Shown one piece after another: positions 19,239-28,882 of a DNA stretch of 45,743 nucleotides. Source of the DNA: Candidatus Hodarchaeota archaeon (GTDB taxonomy: Archaea > Asgardarchaeota > Heimdallarchaeia > Hodarchaeales > Hodarchaeaceae); contig JAEOTC010000200.1 in assembly GCA_016840035.1 (NCBI GenBank), forward strand, positions 1-45,743, in the 5' to 3' direction. Positions within the stretch are counted from its first letter, which is position 1, and each line of letters begins with the position of its first letter. A model generated the notes under the pieces. That model did not search any database and was not told the DNA's origin. It saw only the letters and a program-made list of their open reading frames with translations. The translations under genes were made by a program, and so were the position numbers.

Positions 19239-20684
19239 ATGGATAAAATGACTCATTTTTTAGACGAACTTCTAAATCCAAGATCTGTAGCATTCTTGGG
19301 GGCATCAAACAATTTGATCACGATGGGCACAGGTCAATGTTATGCTCTTAAGACTCGATTTAAAGGAAAAATTTATCCAATTCATCCCAAAGAGGATAAA
19401 GTTCTAGGATTACCAGTATATCGGAAATTAGAAGATTTACCAGAAATTCCTGATCTTTTGATCATCGTCCTTCCAACTCGTTTAGTTATTGAATATTTAG
19501 AAGCAGCAGGAAAGTTAGGAATTCCTTATGCAGTAATCGTTTCAGCAGGTTTTAGCGAAGTAGGAGAAGTAGATAATCAAGAAGAATTGAATGAAATTGC
19601 TACTAGGTTTAATATGCGATTTATTGGTCCTAATTGTATTGGTGTAATTAATACCCATTCTAACCATGGTATCCTCAATTGTACCTGGTTTCCTTTTGAA
19701 TTACCTAAAGACCAGAAGGGGAATATCTCATTACTGAGTCAAAGCGGGTCCTGGATCTCCCAAATTCTAATCTGGGCCGAACGGAGAGGGCTTAGGATAG
19801 GAAAATCTATATCGATTGGGAATGAAGCAAACACGAGTATAACGGAATGTCTTGAATATTTCCATCAGGATCCCCAAACTGAAGTCATTGGTATGTATGT
19901 TGAGGGAATAAAACGCGAAGGCCGAAAATTTGTCGAAGCTCTCCATGAGGTTTCAAGGGAAAAACCAGTTGTAGTCTCATATCACGGAGGGACATCGGCC
20001 GGAGCACGTGCAGGGATGTCTCATACAGCGTCACTTGGTGGAAAACCGTCAATCTACGATGCGATATTTAAACAATCAGGGGTCATTCAAGCAGCTAACA
20101 TGGAAGAATTATTCGAATTCACACATGCTTTTTCGTTAGCACATCCTGTCAAAGGTAAAAGAGTTGGACTGATAACAAATTCAGGAGGCCCAGCAGTTAC
20201 TTTAGCTGATTTATGTGAAAAGGAAGGATTAGAAGTAGTTTCATTATCGAAAGATTTACAAGCCCAGCTAAAAGCTATTATTCCTTCAGTTGCCTCCGCA
20301 AATAATCCGATAGATCTAACATTCGATTTGAATTTTAATTTGTTCTATGAAGAAGTTCCTAAACTCGTATGGCATTCAGGAGAAGTAGATGTTTTAATTT
20401 TTTACGGGATTTTTGGACGAAGCATGTTAGAACGTTCACTAGAATACTCTAATGGTGAATTTTCACACCTCTTTCCCCTTGAACCTATGGATATTCTTGT
20501 ACAAGAAACTTTAGAACGATTTTTTGAGTGGGTTCATTCCAATAAGATCCCTGTTCTGATTAGCTGTATTGATACAGCAGATAATCTGATCCCACTATTC
20601 CAAGAAAATCGGATCCCAATATTTAAGTGGCCAAACATGACCGTGAAAGCTGCGAGAGCATTAGTACAGTATTATAACCAGTAA
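19239..20684 (+). CDS. acdA: Acyl-CoA synthetase (ADP-forming) alpha subunit
   Basis: NPRSVAFLGAS, SAGFSE, GPNCIG, SQSG, phospho-His motif SHTASLGG, TNSGGP, NNPIDLT. Confidence 0.9.
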   Translation: MDKMTHFLDELLNPRSVAFLGASNNLITMGTGQCYALKTRFKGKIYPIHPKEDKVLGLPVYRKLEDLPEIPDLLIIVLPTRLVIEYLEAAGKLGIPYAVIVSAGFSEVGEVDNQEELNEIATRFNMRFIGPNCIGVINTHSNHGILNCTWFPFELPKDQKGNISLLSQSGSWISQILIWAERRGLRIGKSISIGNEANTSITECLEYFHQDPQTEVIGMYVEGIKREGRKFVEALHEVSREKPVVVSYHGGTSAGARAGMSHTASLGGKPSIYDAIFKQSGVIQAANMEELFEFTHAFSLAHPVKGKRVGLITNSGGPAVTLADLCEKEGLEVVSLSKDLQAQLKAIIPSVASANNPIDLTFDLNFNLFYEEVPKLVWHSGEVDVLIFYGIFGRSMLERSLEYSNGEFSHLFPLEPMDILVQETLERFFEWVHSNKIPVLISCIDTADNLIPLFQENRIPIFKWPNMTVKAARALVQYYNQ

Positions 20685-20708
20685 ACTGATTGTTTCTCCC
20701 TTTCAAGA

Positions 20709-22097
20709 TTATTTTTGTGTGGATATCTTTACTCCTTTTGTTCTAATTAGAGGTGTCGTTAAAAACCCGCCAGTCAGTTGTGTCTCTTTTGAAAGACCAG
20801 TGATATTATTCAATACATCGAAGACATTTCCTCCGATGGAAACATTAGTCAAAGGTTCTGCTAGCTCTCCATTTCTTATTAATTGTGCACCCTTAGCTAC
20901 ACCACTAAATATTCCATTTTCAACTCTAAATGATCCAGAAAAATACTCAAATATGATTCCTAGCTTAACATCTCCATGAATTTCCTCAGTACTCATATCA
21001 CCAGGTAGGATATGAGGTGCATTGGGAAAAATTTCACTTGGTGGCTGAATAAATCGCATTCCTCCTAATCCTCTCCACGAATTACCTGTGGATTTCGTGT
21101 CCATCTTATTAGCCCGTAATTCATCAAATATAAATGTTTTTAGAACTCCGTTGTTAATTATTGAAGTTTTCTGTGTTTTATTTCCTTCATCATCAAAGGG
21201 TTTACATCCGCTTCCAGCATTAGGGTTATGAGAATCATCTATCAGGTTAAATGATTCTATTGCAACTGAATCAGCTAGTTTATCTTTCCACATAGAACGG
21301 GCTTGTTCTACACTATCAGCCCTAATGGAATGTGCAATGACAAAGAAGAGTGGCTGGAAAACACTATTTTTACTAAAAATAACAACATCTGAATCAATCG
21401 ATGGGGGGGTGACCGCGTTCAAGTTCCTGATGGCTCGAGACGTTAGAACTTCTCCAAAGTTCAAAAAATCTACTTGGCTTGTGTCATGGGTGTAAAAACT
21501 ATCAAAAACAAATGATCCGACTTTTTCTCCTTCTCTTGCTACGGCAAGAAAATTTCCCTCTAGACAGTTGGATCTTGAGAATCCCTCGACACCTAGAGAA
21601 TTTACAATACCAAATGCATTTTCTGAAGTTTCAATTTTGCTTAAATTAGTTCTAACACTAACCTTAGCCTTCCTCATTGGTTCTAACACTAATTTCGCAG
21701 AGTCAATCATTTCTTCGATGGTTACCTCGGCTACTGAATTAGTAAATCTACCATCAATTTGCGAATATTTTGATGGTATAGGAAATTTTAATCCTGGTTT
21801 GATTGGTGCTACATGTGTAATGTCAACTGCTTCATCTACACAAGATTTTAATGCATTCATGTCCGTTTTGTTTGAATAAGAGAATCCTTCTACTTCTTTA
21901 TTAAGAATTCTGACTGCAAATCCTAATTCTGAGGTTGATCGTTCTGTAGAAATAGATTGTCCCTCGGTCATCACTTGAGTATTCTTTCGTAAATGAAAAA
22001 ACACTTCTGCTGAAGTAATTGCCTTGTTATCGGCATATTTTAAGACTCGGTGAGCTAGATCCAGCAGGGAGGACTTAGTTTCATATTCACTTTCCAT
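20709..22097 (-). CDS. pmbA: TldE/PmbA protein (non-catalytic subunit)
   Basis: PFDDEG, STGNS, NVSIGGNV, no HExxH; GGAGGT SD inside the tldD 3' end supports start 22097. Confidence 0.88.
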   Translation of the reverse strand: MESEYETKSSLLDLAHRVLKYADNKAITSAEVFFHLRKNTQVMTEGQSISTERSTSELGFAVRILNKEVEGFSYSNKTDMNALKSCVDEAVDITHVAPIKPGLKFPIPSKYSQIDGRFTNSVAEVTIEEMIDSAKLVLEPMRKAKVSVRTNLSKIETSENAFGIVNSLGVEGFSRSNCLEGNFLAVAREGEKVGSFVFDSFYTHDTSQVDFLNFGEVLTSRAIRNLNAVTPPSIDSDVVIFSKNSVFQPLFFVIAHSIRADSVEQARSMWKDKLADSVAIESFNLIDDSHNPNAGSGCKPFDDEGNKTQKTSIINNGVLKTFIFDELRANKMDTKSTGNSWRGLGGMRFIQPPSEIFPNAPHILPGDMSTEEIHGDVKLGIIFEYFSGSFRVENGIFSGVAKGAQLIRNGELAEPLTNVSIGGNVFDVLNNITGLSKETQLTGGFLTTPLIRTKGVKISTQK

Positions 22098-22098
22098 T

Positions 22099-23505
22099 CT
22101 ATTTACCTCCCGCAAGCATCGCTTTCACAGCTAGATGAGGGCCTCCTGCATCAACTTTAGCTGGTTGCTCTTTTCCACAAAATCCTGCACCTAAATTAGT
22201 GTCAAAGTCTTTCCCTACACCAAGAATACTATTTAACACCTCGAAAGCATTCCCAGTCAGGACGGGATTTTGGTATAATACTTCCGTGATCTCAGCCTTT
22301 TTTATTTCGTAACATTCAACCGCTCCAAACATGAATTCTCCTGAACTATCCGCCTGTCCATTCTGTAATGATTTCAAATAATATCCGTTCCCAATTGATT
22401 CGCATAATTCTTCAAAGGTCATATCGCCTGATTTAATGTACGTATTACGCATTCTTACAATAGGTTCATCATTAAATGTGTATGCTCGAGCATTACCCGT
22501 CACTTCAATGCCCAATTCCGCCGCCAAAGCCCGATTTGTCAAATATCCCGTCATTATCCCATCTTTTATAATATGCGTCGTTTTCCCCCTAACTCCCTCA
22601 TCATCAAATGGTAACCAACCAGCTCCCATCCATTTCGATCCTTCCAGTACAGGTGAGTCGATAATCGTTATGTTTTCATCACACACTTTCTGGTTAAGTT
22701 TTCCTTGCGTAAACGATCCCAATTGAACAAGATCTGCCTCTGCTGTATGACCTATCGCCTCATGTGCAAAAACACCCACTAGTTGTTGATCTAATAATAA
22801 ATTACTGAGACCACTTGGAGGAAGAGACGCTTTAACCAGTTTCAACGCTTTTTGTGCACTTTCCTCGACTACTTCATCCATTGGATGTAAATCAAAAAAT
22901 TCAGCTCCACACGTATGGGACCACGAAGTATAACCACTAGCCATTTTACCTTCTTCCATTGCTACGGCATAGGCCATCAATGTTGGTTTCATGTCAGTCC
23001 AACTTACACGGGTACCCTCATTAGTAACAATCATACGGTTATCAATAACTTCATTATAATTGATCGTGAGACTTTTGATCAGTTGCATATTTTCTGTGAC
23101 TTTAGCAGCATCTATAATCATCTTTAACTTCTCTTCCGTCGAGAGCTCCTTCAAATGTTTCTTCCTAGGAGAGATTGCTGTTTCTTCAATTATTTCAATT
23201 TCCGCCAATTCAACCTTACTGTCCTTGTATGGAGCTGAATTCTTGGCTAACTTGGCTGCAGATTGAACACTTTCTTCAATCTCTCGTTCAGAAGTTTTAT
23301 TGGTCGCAGAAAGACCCCAACTTCCATCAATAAGGACTCTTACACAAATACCTTCTCTTGAGCCGGTTGTGCTTGTTAATTCCCCATTTCGGTACCGAAA
23401 GTTTGCGAGATATTTATCTTGATAACGGAGTTCAACATAACTTGCTCCAAGTTTCTCCCCTTCCTTTAAACCTGAAATCAGTAGGTCTTGATCAAAGAAA
23501 CTCAT
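22099..23505 (-). CDS. tldD: TldD metalloprotease subunit
   Basis: HEAIGHTAEAD, FDDEG, TGNARA, VRMRNTYI, GFCGKEQ...GGPH. Confidence 0.93.
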   Translation of the reverse strand: MSFFDQDLLISGLKEGEKLGASYVELRYQDKYLANFRYRNGELTSTTGSREGICVRVLIDGSWGLSATNKTSEREIEESVQSAAKLAKNSAPYKDSKVELAEIEIIEETAISPRKKHLKELSTEEKLKMIIDAAKVTENMQLIKSLTINYNEVIDNRMIVTNEGTRVSWTDMKPTLMAYAVAMEEGKMASGYTSWSHTCGAEFFDLHPMDEVVEESAQKALKLVKASLPPSGLSNLLLDQQLVGVFAHEAIGHTAEADLVQLGSFTQGKLNQKVCDENITIIDSPVLEGSKWMGAGWLPFDDEGVRGKTTHIIKDGIMTGYLTNRALAAELGIEVTGNARAYTFNDEPIVRMRNTYIKSGDMTFEELCESIGNGYYLKSLQNGQADSSGEFMFGAVECYEIKKAEITEVLYQNPVLTGNAFEVLNSILGVGKDFDTNLGAGFCGKEQPAKVDAGGPHLAVKAMLAGGK

Positions 23506-23680
23506 GATTCTTACCAGTGATTTAATCAGGATTGGAAGTTTTAGAATTCTATCCCCAGAAATTCTGATGCCAGTATTGTCACTTTTTTTATACTATCAAA
23601 TTCTGGTGAGCTTAAGAACGAAACAGTTCTTACTAAGATAGAAATCGAATTTGAGGTTATTCTCATGTGGGATTTAGTTC

Positions 23681-24559
23681 CTGAACAATAAGCACAACAA
23701 AAATACGTTTCTAACAGGTATCGCTCTCAAGCGATCAAAATTTTCTGAAAAAAAAGATTTTTCGAATTCTATCTTAACTGCAGATAAGTATCATTCTTTC
23801 ATCTTCCTGGATTACGAAGGAGTGGATAATCTTCTTTCGATTCAAGAGATTGAGAGCCTTTTACGTAAACTCAATAATTCTTTGGTGCTTACAATAGCAG
23901 TTAGGGCAGTAGAATTTCAGAATGGTAGTGATCTTTGGAGATCCTACCTTAACCTATTTGCTGATAATCCAAATATGGGTTTGAACATTGTCGCAGGTCA
24001 TCCAGCGTATAACATTGACCAATCAATATCACTGAAAGAAACTCTAGGAAAATACTTCACAGAAATTAGGAAAAGGACAGATCGTCCAATATTCTTTGGA
24101 ATAGATAATATTTCCTCAAAACTTGTGAGAAAAATATGTCAACGATTTTCACCAATAATTCCATTTGGTCTTCATGGTGACAAGCGTTTACTGAATGGTT
24201 TTTCAAAAGAATTAGAACATTGTACACTGGCTATATACACTCCTCTAGCCATAGCTTCTCAGAAGGATGAGGATGATTTAGATGAGCTTCTTCCTTATCT
24301 TCTTCGACGTAGATCGATAAAAAAGCAATTGTTAAGAATTAAAAAAACGAGTGCTGGACGAATAAAATCCTCACAATCCACTTCTTCTGAAGAAGTTCAA
24401 AAAGTGATAAGAGATAATCTTGGAGATTTTATCCTTACAGATTCCAATATTGAAGAGAAAATGGTCGAGTTTTCATCTCATAATATTAAATTATTAGTAG
24501 GATATCCTGCAATCTCTTCAATCAGGGATCAACAAATAGAGGAGTTTAAAATTCCCTGA
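23681..24559 (+). CDS. Conserved archaeal hypothetical protein (resembles haloarchaeal DUF7388-type proteins); probable CTG start
   Basis: GIALK, LDYEG, AVRA, VAGHPAY, AIYTP, YLLRR, LVGYPA; the first two motifs lie upstream of the called GTG at 23822. Confidence 0.6.
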   Translation: MNNKHNKNTFLTGIALKRSKFSEKKDFSNSILTADKYHSFIFLDYEGVDNLLSIQEIESLLRKLNNSLVLTIAVRAVEFQNGSDLWRSYLNLFADNPNMGLNIVAGHPAYNIDQSISLKETLGKYFTEIRKRTDRPIFFGIDNISSKLVRKICQRFSPIIPFGLHGDKRLLNGFSKELEHCTLAIYTPLAIASQKDEDDLDELLPYLLRRRSIKKQLLRIKKTSAGRIKSSQSTSSEEVQKVIRDNLGDFILTDSNIEEKMVEFSSHNIKLLVGYPAISSIRDQQIEEFKIP

Positions 24560-24707
24560 ATAGAGAAAGAAAGAGAGAAAATGGGTTCAACTCTAACCAT
24601 TTTTTACTTTGTCATCCTTAAATAGGATAGATAACTAGCTTATTGATTAGAGGAAGCATGAAAAATTCTCGATTTTCTCCCAAAATGTCGTTCCTATTGG
24701 AAGTATA

Positions 24708-25595
24708 ATGATGGAAATCAATTCAAATCTGGTAAATACTGTTTTAAAAGAAACTACCAAGACGATAAGCTGGCGGGATATTATGATGTACGCTACAGCC
24801 ATTAATGATCCTAATCCGTTCTATTTAGATGATGAACGTGAGGGAGGAATTGTATCCCATCCAGTTTTTCCAGTCACTTTAACCTTACCTCTCGTAGAAA
24901 ACCTGCATGATAATATTGGAGAAGAAGATCAGGAAAAATTTCCTTTTGAAGTTTTATTGACCGCCGTGCATTATTCGGAACATATAAAGCTTCATAGACT
25001 TATTCGTCCAGATGATTCTTTGACATTAACTGGAAATGTTGAAGCGATTATTCCCCATCGGGCTGGAACGCATGTAATTATAAAATTCGACGGTGTAGAT
25101 AGCAATAACCAACCAGTTTTTACTGAATACACGGGAGGAATGCTTCGGGGAGTAGAATGTCTTGGAGGTGATCAAGGAACCGAAAACATACCTCACGTCC
25201 CTGTTTCACCCTTTGGTGAAGATTTTTTGTGGAGAAAGGAATTAAAGGTAAGTCCGTTACAAGCACACATATATGATGGGTGCGTTGGACCAACACTACC
25301 ATTTCATACCTCTAAAGAAATTGCTCATCAATTAGGGTTACCCGATATACTTCTACAAGGATTATGTACCTTAGCTTTTGCAGTGAGTGAAATTATTTCA
25401 GAAGAATTCAATGGTGATCCCACTCACGTATCAGAAGTTGCCGGTAAGTTTACATCGATGATTATCCCGAATTCAGAGATAGAACTAAGGGTTAATGGTA
25501 AGAATATGTGTGGTAACTCACAAGAGATCTTTTTTGAAGTATATAATCAAGAAAATCGGAAAGCGATTAGGGAAGGATATGTAAAAGTGATTTAG
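24708..25595 (+). CDS. MaoC-like double hot-dog dehydratase
   Basis: MMYATAINDPNP, VHYSEHIKLHR, FHTS...GLPDILLQGLCTLA. Confidence 0.85.
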   Translation: MMEINSNLVNTVLKETTKTISWRDIMMYATAINDPNPFYLDDEREGGIVSHPVFPVTLTLPLVENLHDNIGEEDQEKFPFEVLLTAVHYSEHIKLHRLIRPDDSLTLTGNVEAIIPHRAGTHVIIKFDGVDSNNQPVFTEYTGGMLRGVECLGGDQGTENIPHVPVSPFGEDFLWRKELKVSPLQAHIYDGCVGPTLPFHTSKEIAHQLGLPDILLQGLCTLAFAVSEIISEEFNGDPTHVSEVAGKFTSMIIPNSEIELRVNGKNMCGNSQEIFFEVYNQENRKAIREGYVKVI

Positions 25596-25605
25596 AATAT
25601 CTAAA

Positions 25606-25656
25606 ATATATACCAAAAACGATATATACCAAAAATGATATACAATATCTTAGATA
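25606..25656 (+). promoter_or_regulatory. Direct repeat plus palindrome upstream of arsR (candidate operator/promoter)
   Basis: ATATATACCAAAAA(C/T)G twice at 16-bp period then ATATAC; TATCT-T-AGATA at 25646-25656. Confidence 0.55.
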
Positions 25657-25700
25657 AAATAAGTCAGCAATCATCTGATATATCCAAATTGGTAATTAAA

Positions 25701-26099
25701 ATGAAATTCTCTTGTTGCGATCTTACATCTAAAGAAATTAACGATCTAGCCAACCCAGAGCTTCCAGATGAACTCGCAGTTAGAATTTTAAAAGCCATAG
25801 GTCATCCTCTGAGATTAAAAATTCTACGTTTACTTTTGAATCAGCAGGAATTATGTACTTGTGATTTAACTTCGGTGTTTGAAGAGCAACAACCGATTAT
25901 TACCAGACAATTGGCAAAACTGAAAGCGGAAGATTTGATCATTGGACGTAAGATAACATTCAACAAGACGGGAACGATGGAATCAAAATCAAATGGAAAA
26001 TGGACCGCCTATCAGATCAATCCTGAAAAGCGAGAATTTATCACCCATCTTCTCTCTCCATTCATCTCCACAAAACAAACAGAGAATCATTGTGATTGA
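25701..26099 (+). CDS. arsR: ArsR/SmtB family As(III)-responsive repressor
   Basis: LKAIGHPLRLKIL, ELCTCDL metalloid site, GKWTAY wing, N-terminal CC; directly upstream of arsM. Confidence 0.88.
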   Translation: MKFSCCDLTSKEINDLANPELPDELAVRILKAIGHPLRLKILRLLLNQQELCTCDLTSVFEEQQPIITRQLAKLKAEDLIIGRKITFNKTGTMESKSNGKWTAYQINPEKREFITHLLSPFISTKQTENHCD

Positions 26100-26143
26100 T
26101 GACTTGTTCAAAAAAATGAAGAATACAAAGGAATTACCACTGA

Positions 26144-27109
26144 ATGACTGACCCAAAAGAGAATATACAAGAAAATCAACCTGCAAAAAGCTATCAATGT
26201 TGCGGATCAAAGTCAGAAGAGCAAAACACAAATTTGACAAAAGATGAGCAACTTTCAGAGACAGCTATTCGAAAGGCTGTTCGAGATCAGTATGGAGCAA
26301 TAGCTTCTGGAACTAACAGCCCAACAGATGAGCAATTATTAGAGAAAACTAGCTGTTGTGGAGGTAAAGAGGATTATACTGACTACTCAAATGAAGAACT
26401 AGAACAAATACCAGCTGGGGCAAATCTTGGCCTTGGATCTGGAAATCCCATCCGATTAGCGGAAATCCAAAAAGGAGAAACAATAGTGGATCTTGGTTCT
26501 GGTGCTGGAATTGATTGTTTCCTCGCTGCACAAGAAACTGGAGAAACAGGGAAAGTTATTGGCATTGACATGACTTCTCAGATGATTGATAAGGCTAGAA
26601 TCAATGCAGATCGAGAAGGATATCAAAACGTTGAATTTCGACTAGGAGAAATTGAGCATATGCCCATGGCAGACAACTCCGTTGATTTAATAGTATCAAA
26701 CTGTGTTATCAATCTCTCTGTGGACAAATCTCAAGTTTTTAAAGATGCTTTTCGAATCTTGAAACCTGGTGGTAGGATAGTTGTATCAGATATTATGCTT
26801 CAATATGAATTCCCAGAAGTTATCAAACAGGCATTAGCAGATAGTCCCGGATGTGTGTCAAGAGCTTGGGTAACAGATGAGTATCTAGGAGTGATTAAGG
26901 CTGCAGGGTTCGAACAAGTTGAATTACTTGAATCCCAACTTATTACACCTCAGAAAAAGCACACTGATGAACCTTCATCTGGTACTAGGAAACGATCGAT
27001 CATGATTTCAGGGAAAAAGCTGGAAGTGGAGCTTTCTCCAGAAGAAGATGAACAACTACAAAATACAATCTTGAAAGCTCATGTTAGAGCTTATAAACCT
27101 CAAGTATAG
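26144..27109 (+). CDS. arsM: Arsenite S-adenosylmethionine methyltransferase
   Basis: NLGLGSGNP, VDLGSGAGIDCF, GIDMT, FRLGEIE, SNCVINL, PGCV. Confidence 0.9.
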   Translation: MTDPKENIQENQPAKSYQCCGSKSEEQNTNLTKDEQLSETAIRKAVRDQYGAIASGTNSPTDEQLLEKTSCCGGKEDYTDYSNEELEQIPAGANLGLGSGNPIRLAEIQKGETIVDLGSGAGIDCFLAAQETGETGKVIGIDMTSQMIDKARINADREGYQNVEFRLGEIEHMPMADNSVDLIVSNCVINLSVDKSQVFKDAFRILKPGGRIVVSDIMLQYEFPEVIKQALADSPGCVSRAWVTDEYLGVIKAAGFEQVELLESQLITPQKKHTDEPSSGTRKRSIMISGKKLEVELSPEEDEQLQNTILKAHVRAYKPQV

Positions 27110-27112
27110 TCG

Positions 27113-27137
27113 TTTTTCCCATTTTTTCCTTTTTTTT
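27113..27137 (+). terminator. Oligo-T tract after arsM (archaeal-type terminator)
   Basis: TTTTTCCCATTTTTTCCTTTTTTTT between convergent genes. Confidence 0.45.
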
Positions 27138-27636
27138 ACATCCCAAGACTAATCAATGAATCCATGGTATTATCCCAAGAAGTATTCACTGCTTCTGAAT
27201 CAGGAGGGTTGTCATTAGCATATCGAAGATAACCGATCTGCGCTAAATGATGAATGGTATGAAATGAAGTATGCCAAATAACCCAAGCGAGTGTAGCTCC
27301 ATCTTTAGGTTCTCTAGGCACAAGATCTGAATCTCCTGCCTTTTTAACGAGGTCTTTTAGGAATTTTTGTAGGTTCACGTAGAGATCCATTAATTCACTA
27401 GAGGAAAGTGAAGATAATTGTTCAAGAGTCTTAGGTGCTTGATGACCAATATGACCTAACCAATAAATCTCCCCTTCAAGTATATGACGGAAAATTTCTA
27501 AAATAGGTTTACCTTTTGAATCTTTAGGAGTCCAATTAATCATTTCATTAGACAAACCATCTGTTAATCGTTGACCATAATCTCTTAAGGTATCAATAGT
27601 TTCTAGTAAATTTCTTTGCTTCGTTTGCTGTTTCAT
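27136..27636 (-). CDS. DinB/YfiT family protein
   Basis: IFRHILEGEIYW, WHTSFHTIHHLAQIGYLR. Confidence 0.85.
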   Translation of the reverse strand: MKQQTKQRNLLETIDTLRDYGQRLTDGLSNEMINWTPKDSKGKPILEIFRHILEGEIYWLGHIGHQAPKTLEQLSSLSSSELMDLYVNLQKFLKDLVKKAGDSDLVPREPKDGATLAWVIWHTSFHTIHHLAQIGYLRYANDNPPDSEAVNTSWDNTMDSLISLGM

Positions 27637-27841
27637 GTGATATCTCTCATTATTAATTTAAATTTCGTAAAATTTTGTGTATACTGAGACCCCTCCAAGA
27701 GAGGTTAAAATTCTCAGAGTTATGAATATCGAATTCCTCTTTTATTTTCAGATTATACGATTCTCTACGGATTCGTCTGATGTTCGTCAAAAAGAATTAA
27801 TAGCAGTACCATGTATAATAATAAATTAGGAGATAAAGAAG

Positions 27842-28762
27842 TTGGTTTTAATTGCAGGAATTCAGATTGCCCCAGTATTTTTGAACAGTCAAAATACATG
27901 GATGAAATTAAGTGATTTTATTAGAGAAGCTCATGATAAAGGAGCACAATTGGTAACATGGGGAGAATCATTAATTCCAGGCTATCCATTTTGGCTTGGA
28001 GCTTCAGGAGCAGCTAGTTGGGATAATGCTGATCAGAAAAGAGCATTCAGTACATATTGGCAAGAGGCTCTCGAGTTAACCACAAGTAGCATACTGGGTG
28101 AGATGAAAGAACTAGCACGAGAGTTGAAAATTATGATGATGGGTGGGATAGCGGAAAAATCAAGTGGATCAACACACGCCACGCTTATTACAATAGATGA
28201 AAAAGGTAATCTGATTAACAGACACCGAAAATTAAAACCTACCTATGCTGAAAGATTAGTATGGGCTGATGGAGATGGTTTAGGATTGAAAACAGTGCCT
28301 TTTCAAGGATACAAGATTGGAGGTTTAAATTGCTGGGAAAATTGGATTCCATACGCACGTGCTGCTCTTCATAAGCAAAATGAAATGCTTCATGTGGCTG
28401 TCTGGCCAGGTAATAGCCATGTAACAAGTGATATTACTAGATTTATTGCTAAAGAGGGTCGTTATTGGGTTTTATCAGTATCTGGACTTATTAGGACTGA
28501 GGATGTCATACATCTATCAGAAGAGGAATTTCCCATTAAAAACATCTTAGATTTAGATAATAAAAAAGACAAAATTTGGCAAAATGGAGGATCCTGTATT
28601 GCTGATCCTAAGGGGAATTATGTAGTAAAACCAGTAGTTGGAAAGGAAGATATACTTTATGCAGACATTGATTTTATGACAGTAGTTGAGGAACGACAGA
28701 ATTTTGACTATTCTGGACATTATAGTCGTTTCGATATATTCAACGAACCACTACGGGAATGA
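27842..28762 (+). CDS. Nitrilase (carbon-nitrogen hydrolase)
   Basis: E-K-C triad: GESLIPGYP, HRKLKPTYAER, LNCWEN; C-terminal DYSGHYSR. Confidence 0.93.
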   Translation: MVLIAGIQIAPVFLNSQNTWMKLSDFIREAHDKGAQLVTWGESLIPGYPFWLGASGAASWDNADQKRAFSTYWQEALELTTSSILGEMKELARELKIMMMGGIAEKSSGSTHATLITIDEKGNLINRHRKLKPTYAERLVWADGDGLGLKTVPFQGYKIGGLNCWENWIPYARAALHKQNEMLHVAVWPGNSHVTSDITRFIAKEGRYWVLSVSGLIRTEDVIHLSEEEFPIKNILDLDNKKDKIWQNGGSCIADPKGNYVVKPVVGKEDILYADIDFMTVVEERQNFDYSGHYSRFDIFNEPLRE

Positions 28763-28882
28763 AAGAATAAAACTCGATTCCAGAATACTAGTATGGATTT
28801 TCAGTTCTGAAATTCCATTTGAGTTTAATTAATATAGGATTATTCCACTAATGACTAAACAATGTCTTTAGGTGTGAGATGA

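Noticed and set aside
18557-23266. Antisense ORFs inside the MTase, tldE and tldD genes (e.g. 18557, 18980, 20719, 21568, 22436, 22915, 23060)
   Set aside because: Shadow frames of well-supported genes, with no motifs of their own
19239-23505. TldD/E next to an acyl-CoA synthetase as a possible RiPP cluster
   Set aside because: Genes are convergent, no precursor peptide or YcaO/radical SAM enzyme is nearby, and tldDE is common in archaea
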